From Epiperipatus broadwayi (Eukaryota > Animalia > Onychophora): 64,000 bases of DNA. Below, piece by piece: positions 1 to 10,421 of the stretch. The DNA lies in assembly GCA_028023455.1 (NCBI GenBank), contig JAQFVV010000001.1, positions 62,001 through 126,000 on the forward strand, given 5' to 3'. Under the pieces are notes generated by a model. The model saw only the letters and a program-made list of their open reading frames with translations. It ran no database searches and was not told where the DNA came from. The position numbers and the translations under genes are program-made. Position 1 is the stretch's first letter. Every line of letters starts with the position of its first letter.

Positions 1-1000
1 GTTTCTGTATAAGATCCTTAGATGCACAATGAAAGTAAATTCATTTTTGTTTGCTAAAAATGATTTTGAATATTAACATTGCAAGACTTAACATGTTATT
101 TACTATACTTTGAATGAGAAGAATCATAGCTCTTTGTCATATATATGAGTATTGGATGTGGATAGAAATCATGTCCGCTCATCGAGAATTGACTTATATT
201 TCATCAAAAGGTTTATGCATTCAAACTTTAATTTCAACAAATGTACAATTAGGCTATCATTTTTCATGTTCAAATTCAAATGTTTAAACTTCTAGCTCAC
301 CTGATGTTTAGACATTTATTCTGGGAAATATGCATGTAATGACAGGTGTCAGTCTGATATCTTTTTCATTGAATTGAGAATTTACAAGAGTTTAAAACTT
401 AAATCAAAAATGCTTTGAATTAATTTGGATGAGTTACAATTATCTTCCTAGCATATTTTCTTAATTATATAATTGTATAATGGTTACAGATTATGATTCA
501 TTAACTTAAACTTTTTTATTTTATGTGAAAACTAAATTGCCATTAATTATGACTACAGATAAAAATAAAAAAATTTTAATAGAAAAATGATTTTAATTTA
601 TATTAGTTGAACATATTTCAATCATATATCAGGTTTAAACAATGTATTTCTTTTTCTTCACTGTACACTTAAGACTGGCTTTTAGAGTAGTAATTTATTT
701 TTCATTTAACCAAAATCCACTTACTGTTCGATTATAATACTAAATTTAAAATGAAATAAACATATTACCAACCTCTACTGTAACATAAACAGTACACATT
801 TTCATAGGATATATGTTTTAGTATCGTTGTAATGTCACACTATTGAGCTCATTAAAGTTTAAAACCTCCATTCTCTACAGTAACACAACAATAATGATTT
901 TCTTTTAATTGAAATGTGTCCCTTTAATTTCTTTTAGAGCCTTAAAAGAAGTATATACTCTTATTCTTCTCCTTTACTTTCTTTGCATTTCTTCATATAT

Positions 1001-1160
1001 TCATATATATTGCTTATAATAACTTCTTTCATATACACTTTAATGCAAAAATTTTTTAAATAAAACTTCATTTTCCTGACAGTTTTGACTGTCCAGCAGT
1101 CTTCATCAGAGCTTTTTCAAACTTTCTCATGAAAGAAATTATTACAAGCAATATATATGA
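1001..1160. repeat. Small foldback (32-bp arms) enclosing a minus-strand HHR-like core (family D)
   Basis: tcatatatattgcttataataacttctttcat (1001-1032) is inverted at 1129-1160. The minus strand at 1109-1077 reads CTGATGA A GACTG ctgga CAGTC aAAA CTG TC. Confidence 0.5.
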
Positions 1161-1299
1161 GCTTTAAAAGAACCAAGCAACTTGATCTTTACCCTATACA
1201 TTTTTGTCATTCATGCTATTTATTATGACTGTAGAATTACTCATGGATTTAATGACTTCGTATTCAAAAAATACTATGGTCTTTTTTCTCAGATGTTGT

Positions 1300-1860
1300 T
1301 AACTTTAGACATTGGAGATATATAAATGGAAACATATTGAATAAAGTTAATAATAAGATTAAACTTAGATGGAGTATTTTTAAAAAAAATAACTAGGACT
1401 AAACAGAAAATGTTTGAAAAGAAAGGTTTTTAATATATGTGTTATTGTTATTTATTTGTGGATCTTACACAAGGATATTTAATAGAAGAGCAATAGAGAG
1501 ACTTTTAAACATAACAAAAGTATGAAGAGATATATGTCGGAAATAATAAAGAAGGATTGAAGGTAAAAGACACAGATGAAAGAACAAATATCTACTATTA
1601 ACATTATTAAAAGAATTAAGAATCTGAAATGAATTGGTCTGGAAATGATGCTAGGAAAGATGATAATAGATTAACATAAAATTTTAAACTGCATCCTAAG
1701 ATATTGTAAAAGAGTTGAGGAAAAAATATATATAGAATATGGTTGGATGAAATAAGGAAATTTGCTTTTGTGATATGGGGAGGAGAAGCCATAGATCAAA
1801 GAAACTGATTAAAATTTCCAGAAATATTTATTTTGCAATGGATTAATAATATTTTAAAAT
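1300..1860 (+). mobile_element. Decayed 3' end of an RTE-clade LINE
   Basis: Frameshifted translation resembles the RTE C-terminus (RIKLGW..., QRAMER-like, KWxWxGH-like, RWxDEI) and ends ...LQWI. Confidence 0.7.
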
Positions 1861-2214
1861 AATGAATAGGTTCTTCTATAACTAACTTATGACTGTTTTT
1901 TATTTTTATTTTCAACATATAAAGTTTTTTTCCTTGATATGATTGCTATTTACATTATGTTTAAACAAGTTTAGTATTATATACTTTATGTAAGTCTTAT
2001 ATTTGTAGGTCTATGTTAATTGTATGAATTTTAAAATACTAATATCATCTATTTTACAATCATATGTTTTATTAATCAGTTATTCGTTTTAATCCTTGAT
2101 TTGTATTCCAGAATTTTTATCAAAACAGTGACTTTCAATTCAAGTGGATCATAGAGATTTTGCTTAGTTTAATCAATTATTGATGAATAACAGTATTATA
2201 TATATAGTAACAGT

Positions 2215-3025
2215 ATTGTATATATATATATTTGAATACAGGCATACTTTATATCCCTGGAGTTTAGTTATAATTATAGGGGACTTGAACCCAGATTTTC
2301 AAGCTCTCTTTAGCTATCCAATCTATCTCGTACAACTGATACACATGACCACACAAATATGAAAAAGATAATGATCTCTAATATATATATTTCATGCTGA
2401 ACCAGCACTCATTAGTTGATCCAGATCATCTCCCACACACATATGTAATCAGGGATTGGTTTATATTAAGATATCAAATCTTCACACTTTAATAGACAAG
2501 CTTTTCAGTCTTCCATATCATTGAAAATCTAATGGTGGAATGCCCAAATCCCTTGATGATGCCAATATTATTATTGTCATGCCCATATTGACCTCAAGTC
2601 ATTCTGACCCTTATGTATAGGATTATGTGTGTGGTCATGTATATCGGTTAAATGAGATAGACAGCTTGATAATCTGGGTTCAATGGGCATGACAATAATA
2701 TTGCATTATCAAGAGATTTGGGCATTCCCATCATTAGATTTTCAATAGTATGGAAGGCTGAAGAATTGGATGGTGGAATAGATTGAAGCATGTCTATTAA
2801 AGTTTGAAGATTTACTATCTTAATATAAACTGAGCTTTGATTATACATATGTGTGGGAGAAAATGATCTGGACTAACTGATGAGTGCTGTTTCAGCATGG
2901 AATATGTATATTGGAAATCATTTATCTTTTTCACATGTGTGTGGCCATGTTTATTGGTTGTATGAGATAGATTGGATAGCTGAAGGGAGCTTGAAAGTCT
3001 GGGTTCAAATCCTCCATAATTATTT
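2215..3025. repeat. Family B hammerhead repeat locus 1 (minus arm about 2215-2585, plus arm about 2625-3025)
   Basis: The two arms are diverged inverted copies. The plus arm repeats gtgtgtggYcatgt at 2627 and 2937 (period 310). HHR motifs at 2373-2427 (-) and 2865-2919 (+). Confidence 0.85.
2865..2919 (+). ncRNA. Minimal type I hammerhead motif, family B (GAAA box mutated to GGAA)
   Basis: GATCTggaCTAA CTGATGA GTGCTG ttt CAGCAT GGAA TATGTA TA^TTGGaAATC. Stem II is 6 bp, and stem I closes with the sequence 3' of the cut site. Confidence 0.7.
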
Positions 3026-5149
3026 ATGTATACTGTATATGAGTTTTTATTATTTATTTTATGTTACAGTGGCTGCTGGTAACATTCAAAGTACAATATA
3101 AATTTAGCACTATCAAGGGCAGACGTACCTCCATTATTATTAAAAATAGTCTTTATCACTTTGAAGCACTAAATTTATATTGAATGTTAACAACCGCTAT
3201 TATAATATAAAATAAACAATACAAATGCTTATGTATATAATATTGTTACTCATTTTTGGATGATAAATAATAAATCAGTTGTACTAAGGCAAAATCTCTA
3301 GTTTCCATTTGACTTGAATTGTTAGATCCTGTTTGATAAGAATCTGAAATAAAAATCAAAGATTTAAACACATATTGACTAATAAAACTTATGACTCTGA
3401 ACTAATAAATAACATATTTTTAAATATTGGTTATATAAATTGCTTAAGATTAAGAGTTCAAGAATGAAAAATTATATGTTTTCACTGTTAAATTCAAATC
3501 AATCATTAATTCTGAGAAGTTAGTTCAAGTAATAAAAATGGGTATTTTGAGAGGCTAAAGGTTTTGGATCAATTCTTGATTGAAAAAAGTGAGAAAAAAA
3601 AGTTTGGTTAATTCAATGGAATTGCGTGTTCCACTACAATGTGATGTTTGAATGTCTGTTGGTTTCTTTAAAAAAATGTCTATGTGATTAAAAAAGAAAT
3701 TTTATTAATTAATGATACAATTTCAACAACATTGAAACATTAACAGATATTTTTATTATTTGGCATTAATTCTTTGTTGTAAAAGTCACATCATGGTTAT
3801 TTCAATTAGAAAACATACTGTCTAATAAAGTCGTTTTCTGATTGGGTGTCATTCACAGCTCAACAAACTTCTATACTGATGAAAAATATTTCCTTGAAAA
3901 AAAAACAATTATAAATTTTTTTATTTACTTTTCAGGAAAAAATATTTTAATGATTTTCTTTTGCCTCAGAAGGGACCATTTCAGTTATTGGTGAAATATA
4001 TGAAAATGTAAAAAATAGACTATGGACATTGAGTATGGAAAACAAAATTGTTTTTGTGCTAATTATGGAAGCTATCATTTACATAAATATAAATAGGTTT
4101 TGAGAAGTATTTGGTTTTTCCATACTGCACAAGCATGAAAATGATCTCATTTTGTCTTTGTGTTAATAATATATTATTGAAATTTAGATCTAATTTCATT
4201 GCAACCAGTAGCTTTTTTGCTATATTTTATTCCTGTTATAACATTTTTATTTTGTTTTTTTAATGTAATAAAAGATTTACTGTTTATTCATTATATTTAA
4301 ATTATTCATCTTTTTTTTATTTAATTATTTAGTATTAAATTTAATAATTGAATGGATGGGAAATATTATTTTATAATTTTTCTATATTAAACATCAATAA
4401 ATTATATCAGTAATAAAATAAAACTCATTAAAAGATTCACTGCAAGATAAAGGTTTCTCCAGCAACCCTCTGCAGAAGTATACTCATTAAATTAACCAAC
4501 AGATAGTTGTGAGAGTTTATGATTTTCTTCCATGGCTTACCCTATAGTTAAGAATAGCTAGAAACCTATTATTGGCCAGAAATTTAATGTCTATTAATTA
4601 GCTATGGATTGGCTTTCTGAAAAAAGAACATTTAAACTTTCTTACAAATCCTATTTTCAAATATTCATGGGGAATTTGAATATTAAAATTGGAGATTATC
4701 ATATGACTAAATCCTGGGTAAATAAAATTTTTTTATTGGAAACGGATAGCTCTTATTGATGTCCAAAATAAAATCAAAAGCAGCTCTCAATTGTACTGCC
4801 ATCTAGTGTAAGGTAGAGTAATCACTGATTACCAAATGCAAAATAAGATCAATTTTAGGATGTAACAATTTTTAACAACTTTAGTGCTGCTGATGATTAT
4901 AAGCCTGTAAGATAGTATTTGCTTTTTGAAATTAAAATAAAAAGTTTTAACTATAAAATAATTCTACGTATATAGATTTTGGAAATCCTTAGTAAAATAT
5001 TAGCACTTTAAATGGAACTCAAAAATAGATTTGCAATTTTTAAAGACTTAGTAAATTCTTAGAGTGAGAATAATTTGAGTAATAAGTTACAAATTTAATT
5101 GTTAAGAAGAAATTTTTTAATAAAGCTCAAAATTTTTTATATAGCACTA

Positions 5150-5760
5150 ATATTTTTCTTTCACCATTTCTATGCCAGTTGTTGTAATCTGTAGTAAGTA
5201 AATTCTAGATAATAGCACTTTATAAATATCTATTCTGTGCACACCTATGCAATATCACCAGATTAGTTTGAAGATTATGGCTTGCATCAATGAGGAATTT
5301 TGGAACATTGCACCTAGACCTTTAGGATTTAATATATCTTCCCTCTAGCAGTTACCGTTTACTTCTAAACTAAGAACATCATAATATGTAGAATTGAACT
5401 GGTTTGATATCTATATGTTTATATAAGCAAGTTGGTTAAAACATTTATAAATGTTTTCAGTTTTAGCTAATAGCTTGTATAGCATATTAGAGAAGTAAAT
5501 GGTGGTTATTTGAGAAAAGATGCACTAGATCTTAAAAGTAACCTGTTCCAAGATTCAAAGATCCTCATTGATGAAAGCTATAAGCTTGAAACTAATCTGG
5601 GGATATTAGATAGGACTGCAAAGAATAGTGATTTATTTAGCACTATCATCTGGGTTTTATTAGTTATTAAAGCAATGGTAAGTGACAGAGAGATGGCGAA
5701 AGAAAAATGTATCTTCTAAAACAGCAATATGTAAGTTGAAGTCAAATGATATTTTATTGG
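5150..5760. repeat. Old family A hammerhead repeat locus (minus arm about 5150-5385, plus arm about 5385-5760)
   Basis: The body aligns by eye to the 58.1-59.0 kb copies. The plus HHR at 5561-5604 reads ATCCTCA tTGATGA AAGCT ata AGCTT GAAA CTAA TC^TGGGGAT. An eroded minus copy lies at about 5255-5297. Confidence 0.75.
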
Positions 5761-6409
5761 CTTAACTAATATTATTACAAAAAAAAATGAAAAATTCTAA
5801 TTTCCAAAGCAGAATGTTCTAAATTATGCAAGATTTATAACAAATATTATAAGATATTTATTTAAAAATAGCAAAAAGGAAGTTTTTAAAAGTTTAATCA
5901 AACTATAAAAATAGATAAACATATTTTGACATTAAAGAATTATATTGAATTATTACTAATAAAAAAGAAATTGTAAGAAAGTCTAATATATATATATCAT
6001 TATTTAATTGTCACCCTTCTTGATGAATTTAATAGAAAAATAAAGCCACCAGAAAAACTGTCAAACCTAGTGGTGATGAATTGTTAGATATTTTTTTGTT
6101 TACAAGATGCTTAAAAGAAGACATTCCCAATAATAATGAAAAAATGTGATTTTATTGTTATGCAAAAAAAGTTATTAAAAAAATGCTATTGTATTATTCA
6201 TTTTCTATAAACTTTTTATTGTCATTTTATATAGAGAATTAGAAGGGAAGCTTAAGCATGGAGAATTTAAACATGGTAACTATCTGTGTAATAACAAATT
6301 AATTCAAAAATATAGCACATTCACAATAATTTAAATATGTAATGCAACTTCATATGCATTTAGGTTTATGGATTTTGATAAAACTTTTGACTCTCTCTCT
6401 CTCTATATA

Positions 6410-6975
6410 TATAATATTTAGAATACAGGCATACTTCATACACCTGGAGTTTAATTGTAATTATAGGAAATTTGAACACAAGCTTTTAAGCTTCCTTCAG
6501 CTATCCACTCTATCTCAAACCATTGACCATGACCACACACGTGAAAAAGATATATGATCTCCAATATACATATTTCATGTTGAATACTATTCATCAGTTG
6601 GTCCAGATCATCATCTCTCATGCATATATATATAATCAGTAACTAGGTTTATATTAAGATAGCAAATCATCAAACTTTAATGGACAGGCTTCAATCTACT
6701 CCACCCTCCAACTTTTCAGCCATCTATACCATTGAAAATATGATGATGGAATGCCCAAATTCCATGCTGATGCCATTGGCATGACAATAATATTGGCATA
6801 AACATGGGATTTGGGCATTTCATCATCAGATTTTCAATGGTACGGGTGACTGTATATTGGAGATCATTTATCTTTTTCATTTGTGTGTATGTGGTCATGT
6901 GTATCAGTGATTTGAGGTAGAGTGGATGGTGAAAGGAGCTTAAAAGTCTGTGTTCTAATCCCCTATAATATTTAC
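6410..6975. repeat. Family B hammerhead repeat locus 2 (inversion centre about 6775)
   Basis: Same sequence family as 2215-3025, with the shared left terminus gaatacaggcatact...ctggagttt. The minus HHR at 6556-6609 has intact CTGATGA and GAAA boxes. Confidence 0.85.
6556..6609 (-). ncRNA. Minimal type I hammerhead motif, family B (stem II eroded)
   Basis: Reverse complement reads GATCTggaCCAA CTGATGA atagtattcaacat GAAA TATGTA TA^TTGG AGATC; stem I is CCAA/TTGG plus GATCT/AGATC. Confidence 0.7.
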
Positions 6976-6981
6976 GTATAC

Positions 6982-7178
6982 AAAATATTAAATCACCCCA
7001 CATGATTAAGAAATCCAGCACTATCCTTCGTAAATATATAAATATATTAGAGTTAATATTTCAAAATATCCAGCCTCAAGGTATCATTTTGATGCTGGCT
7101 ATTTTGATATATAGACTCTAATATATTTATATAGGGTGGTGCTGGATTTCTTAACCATGTGAGATGATTTAATATTTG
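6982..7178. repeat. Foldback/MITE-like hairpin (about 90-bp arms)
   Basis: aaatattaaatcaccccacatgattaagaaatccagcac... is inverted as ...gtgctggatttcttaaccatgtgagatgatttaatattt, with a short central loop. Confidence 0.75.
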
Positions 7179-7912
7179 ATATTCAATTCACTTTAATATT
7201 AGCACCGGAATTATAACTTTATACATATAGTACTGTGATTGGTAGTTTTAAAAAATTAGACATTAAAGGCTCAAGTTGAAATTATTAAGAAAATATATAA
7301 AACAACTCTTCTTTAATAATGTTTTCTTAAATTATTGAAAAATTCATTATAAAAAGAAGTGCAGGTTCAATACCAGTAATTTAATTATCAGAACTTTGGC
7401 AATTTTTAACATCTAGTCCCATATATGTGGGCATTTCAAATTTTTATAGCTTCCTAGCTTAATTATTTTAGATGAGTTTTTTATTTAACATTGATCGTAC
7501 GTTTATTTAAAAAAACAATGCAATAAATACATATGTTTCAAAACAAAATTAAGGAAAAAGACACATTTCAATAACTACTTATAAATTAAGATTAATTAAT
7601 GTAAACATCATTTTTATTCATTTTCAATCCACTTCAGGATAAATGTCTCTAAATTTAATCTATTTTTTACAATTCATAACTTTTCTTCTTCATATCATCT
7701 CAATAAACTTTTTAGCTCATTCATTCATTTTATGTGTAAATTCTTTCCAAGTCTTTGTTATACCCTTGGTATCCAATTTAAGACTTCATCATCTGTCTAT
7801 TTGGAAGGTCTCTATTGAAATAGTCAATTTTGATTGCTTGTCTGTTTCACCTATTTTATCCTCATACCTATACCTGTGTCAGATTTAAACCCTCTCAGAG
7901 TATCACATGAAC

Positions 7913-7915
<3 letters not shown>

Positions 7916-7972
<57 letters not shown>
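7916..7972. repeat. (AT)n(GT)n microsatellite
   Basis: Read directly from the sequence. Confidence 0.95.
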
Positions 7973-7973
<1 letters not shown>

Positions 7974-8544
7974 AATGTCAAATCTGTAATTGAATGGCAT
8001 ATATATCTATTACAGATATATGTATTTTTAAAAGTCATGTAATTTAAAAAGCGATTTAATCTAAATTATTAGTCTATTTTATATTTATTTTACTGGAGTC
8101 ACATATATGTAGAGTATATTCCAGATACTATTCTACATATATAGTAGAAGAATTAGTTTTATACTGATTATAAATTCTGTTTTTATTTAAACTAGTAGTA
8201 AACAATTTTAATTAGATCACCGCACCTGCCCTGGTATGACTTGTTAATATTTTCTTAAAGTTAGTTAAGTTTTAAACATTGTGCACTCAATCAGCACTAT
8301 TGAACTATACCAATAGAGATTTAAAGATTGAAACAAAACTAAAAGCTAAAATTTAGGAATTAAATATGTTAGATCTCAAAGATGTGCTAATGGGTTTTCC
8401 AGCTATATATAAGCTTGTAAACAATCAGATGGTTAGGAGTAAAAACATATAAATAGTTCAATTTTTGATAATTGATATATATATACTATAATGTTAATGT
8501 CATAGTGTTCAAATGAGTTCACACTAATTTTAAACTTAAACATG

Positions 8545-8770
8545 TCTGAGTAGAAGGCATAGACTTGCCGCTTTTCTTGTGAGAGGTGGTAGTCTGTAGT
8601 CATTTAAAATGCAATGAATAGTGTCCCAGCCAGCAGCCTGTTGTAAGAATATTTCAATTGAAACCAAGTCATCTATCCTAGGAAGAACAGTGCCAACATC
8701 ACCGTCCAGTGTGTCTGAAGCTGCAATGAAGAAAAACTGGTAACATTTCTAATTGCCGTTGAGCTCTGTT
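8545..8770 (-). mobile_element. Possible decayed tyrosine-recombinase (DIRS/Crypton-like) C-terminal fragment
   Basis: A locally GC-rich minus frame gives ...VSIEIFLQQAAGWDTIHCILNDYRLP, resembling the YR motif ILxAAGW...Y. An upstream frame gives THWT, weakly similar to AHSTR. Confidence 0.3.
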
Positions 8771-9315
8771 TATAAGCTTAACTTTTCAACATTATCTACG
8801 CTAGCTATATCACAAATTAGCATTTAAAATTTGTTTTTTTAAATTCTGTAAATAAATCTGATAAATTCTTAAATTAATGTAAAGTTCAATCTTGTGTGAA
8901 GTTAAAACCTATAACTTGAAAATCATTTTTTTAAAATGTAACACATTATAATAACCTAATTTAAGCTATAAGATTCTGCAGTCTTTTATGCCTATTTAGT
9001 TTATTTTAATTCACTTTTGTGACTTTGTCATTTTATTATTGTATGTACCTTAATATGCCAAATAACTCGAAACTGCAAGTAGATATATATAATTTTAGTT
9101 TATCTCTTTGCAAAGATATTTTCACATCTTCATTTTAAATAAATGTTCAGTCATTGAATTGTTACTTCCAACTTGCTGTTCCGAGATTTTGTTATTATTT
9201 AGATTGATTAATTCTTTAAAAATAAAGAGTTCTGCTAATTGGCTCTAACAAGCTTTATTGATAAATGCCAGCTAAACAAAGCATTTAAAATTTTCTATCT
9301 TGAATTCACCCCCTA

Positions 9316-9359
9316 ACCTCAGACCAATGGTTTCATACTTTGGCACTCCTCAGTGAGGC
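9316..9359 (-). ncRNA. Minimal type I hammerhead motif (family C, outer minus copy)
   Basis: Reverse complement reads GCCTCA CTGAGGA GTGC caaa GTAT GAAA CC att GG TC^TGAGGT. Stem I extends past a GT bulge with CCCTA/TAGGG. Confidence 0.82.
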
Positions 9360-10377
9360 ACTAGGGTAGTTTCAGATACTAGATCTAAAAATACCAAGCT
9401 AAAGCCAGCATTTATCTAAAAGTTAACTATTAAGTAGAAAATCTGAAATTTTTAGACACCTAAATATCTTCAAACCCAGCTATCTAACTTAAATAGCTAT
9501 ATGGGGCTGAGAGAGCTTCAGCCAATTGCTTTAGCAATATAACATTACTTAAGACTTTAAAGCAAAGACTATAAATAGTCAACAAAAAACAGACATATAT
9601 CACATGATTCAATTTTTAAGCTTGTAAATAAAAAATAAAGAGCTCTACTAATTGACTGTAACAAGTTTTATTGATAAATGCCAGCTAAACAAAGCATTTA
9701 AAAATCTCTATCTTGAAACCACTCCCTCACCTCAGACCAATGGTTTCCTGTTTTGGCACTCCTCAGTGAAGCGCTAGGGTAGTTTAGACACTAGATCTAA
9801 AAATGCCAAGGCTTTGGCTTGGCATTTTAGATCTAGTGTCTAAACTACCTAAAGCCTTGGCATTTTAGATCTAGAGTCTAAACTACCCTAGCACTTCACT
9901 GAGGAGTGCCAAAACAGGAAACCATTGGTCTGAGGTGGCATTTTTAGATCTAGTGTCTAAACTACCTTAGCGCTTCACTGAGGAGTGCCAAAACAGGAAA
10001 CCATTGGTCTGAGGTGAGGTAGTGTTTTCAAGATGGAGATTTTTAAATGCTTTGTTTAGTTGGCATTTATCAATAAAGCTTGTTAGAGCCAATTTGCAGA
10101 ACTCTTTATTTTTTATTTACAAGTTTAAAAATTGAATCATGTGATATATGTCTGTTTTTTGTTGACTATTTATAGTCATTGCTTTAAAGTCGTAAGCAAT
10201 GTTATATTGATAAGGCTATTAATTTAAGGTTTGGCTGAAGATCTCTCAGCCCTATAGCTAGGTTTGAAGACATTTAGCTGTCTAAAAATTTCAGATTTTT
10301 TACTTAATAGTTAGCTTTTCGATAAATGCTGGCTTTGGCTTGGTATTTTTAGATCTAGTGTCTGAAATTACCCTAGT

Positions 10378-10421
10378 GCCTCACTGAGGAATGCCAATGC
10401 ATGAAACCATTGGTCTGAGGT
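10378..10421 (+). ncRNA. Fully canonical minimal type I hammerhead ribozyme motif (family C)
   Basis: GCCTCA CTGAGGA ATGC caat GCAT GAAA CC att GG TC^TGAGGT. All core nucleotides (C3-A9, G12-A14, A15.1-U16.1, C17) and stems I-III are intact. Confidence 0.88.

Noticed and set aside
5510-5719. 69-aa ORF similar to the 87-aa ORF at 42606-42869 (LGILD motif)
   Set aside because: The similarity comes from both overlapping the family A hammerhead region (CTGGGGATATT). The frame is not maintained across copies.
2180-7021. Cluster of short ORFs with shared peptides (IENLMM, LIHMTT)
   Set aside because: These are chance frames across family B repeat copies, with no conserved start, stop or frame.
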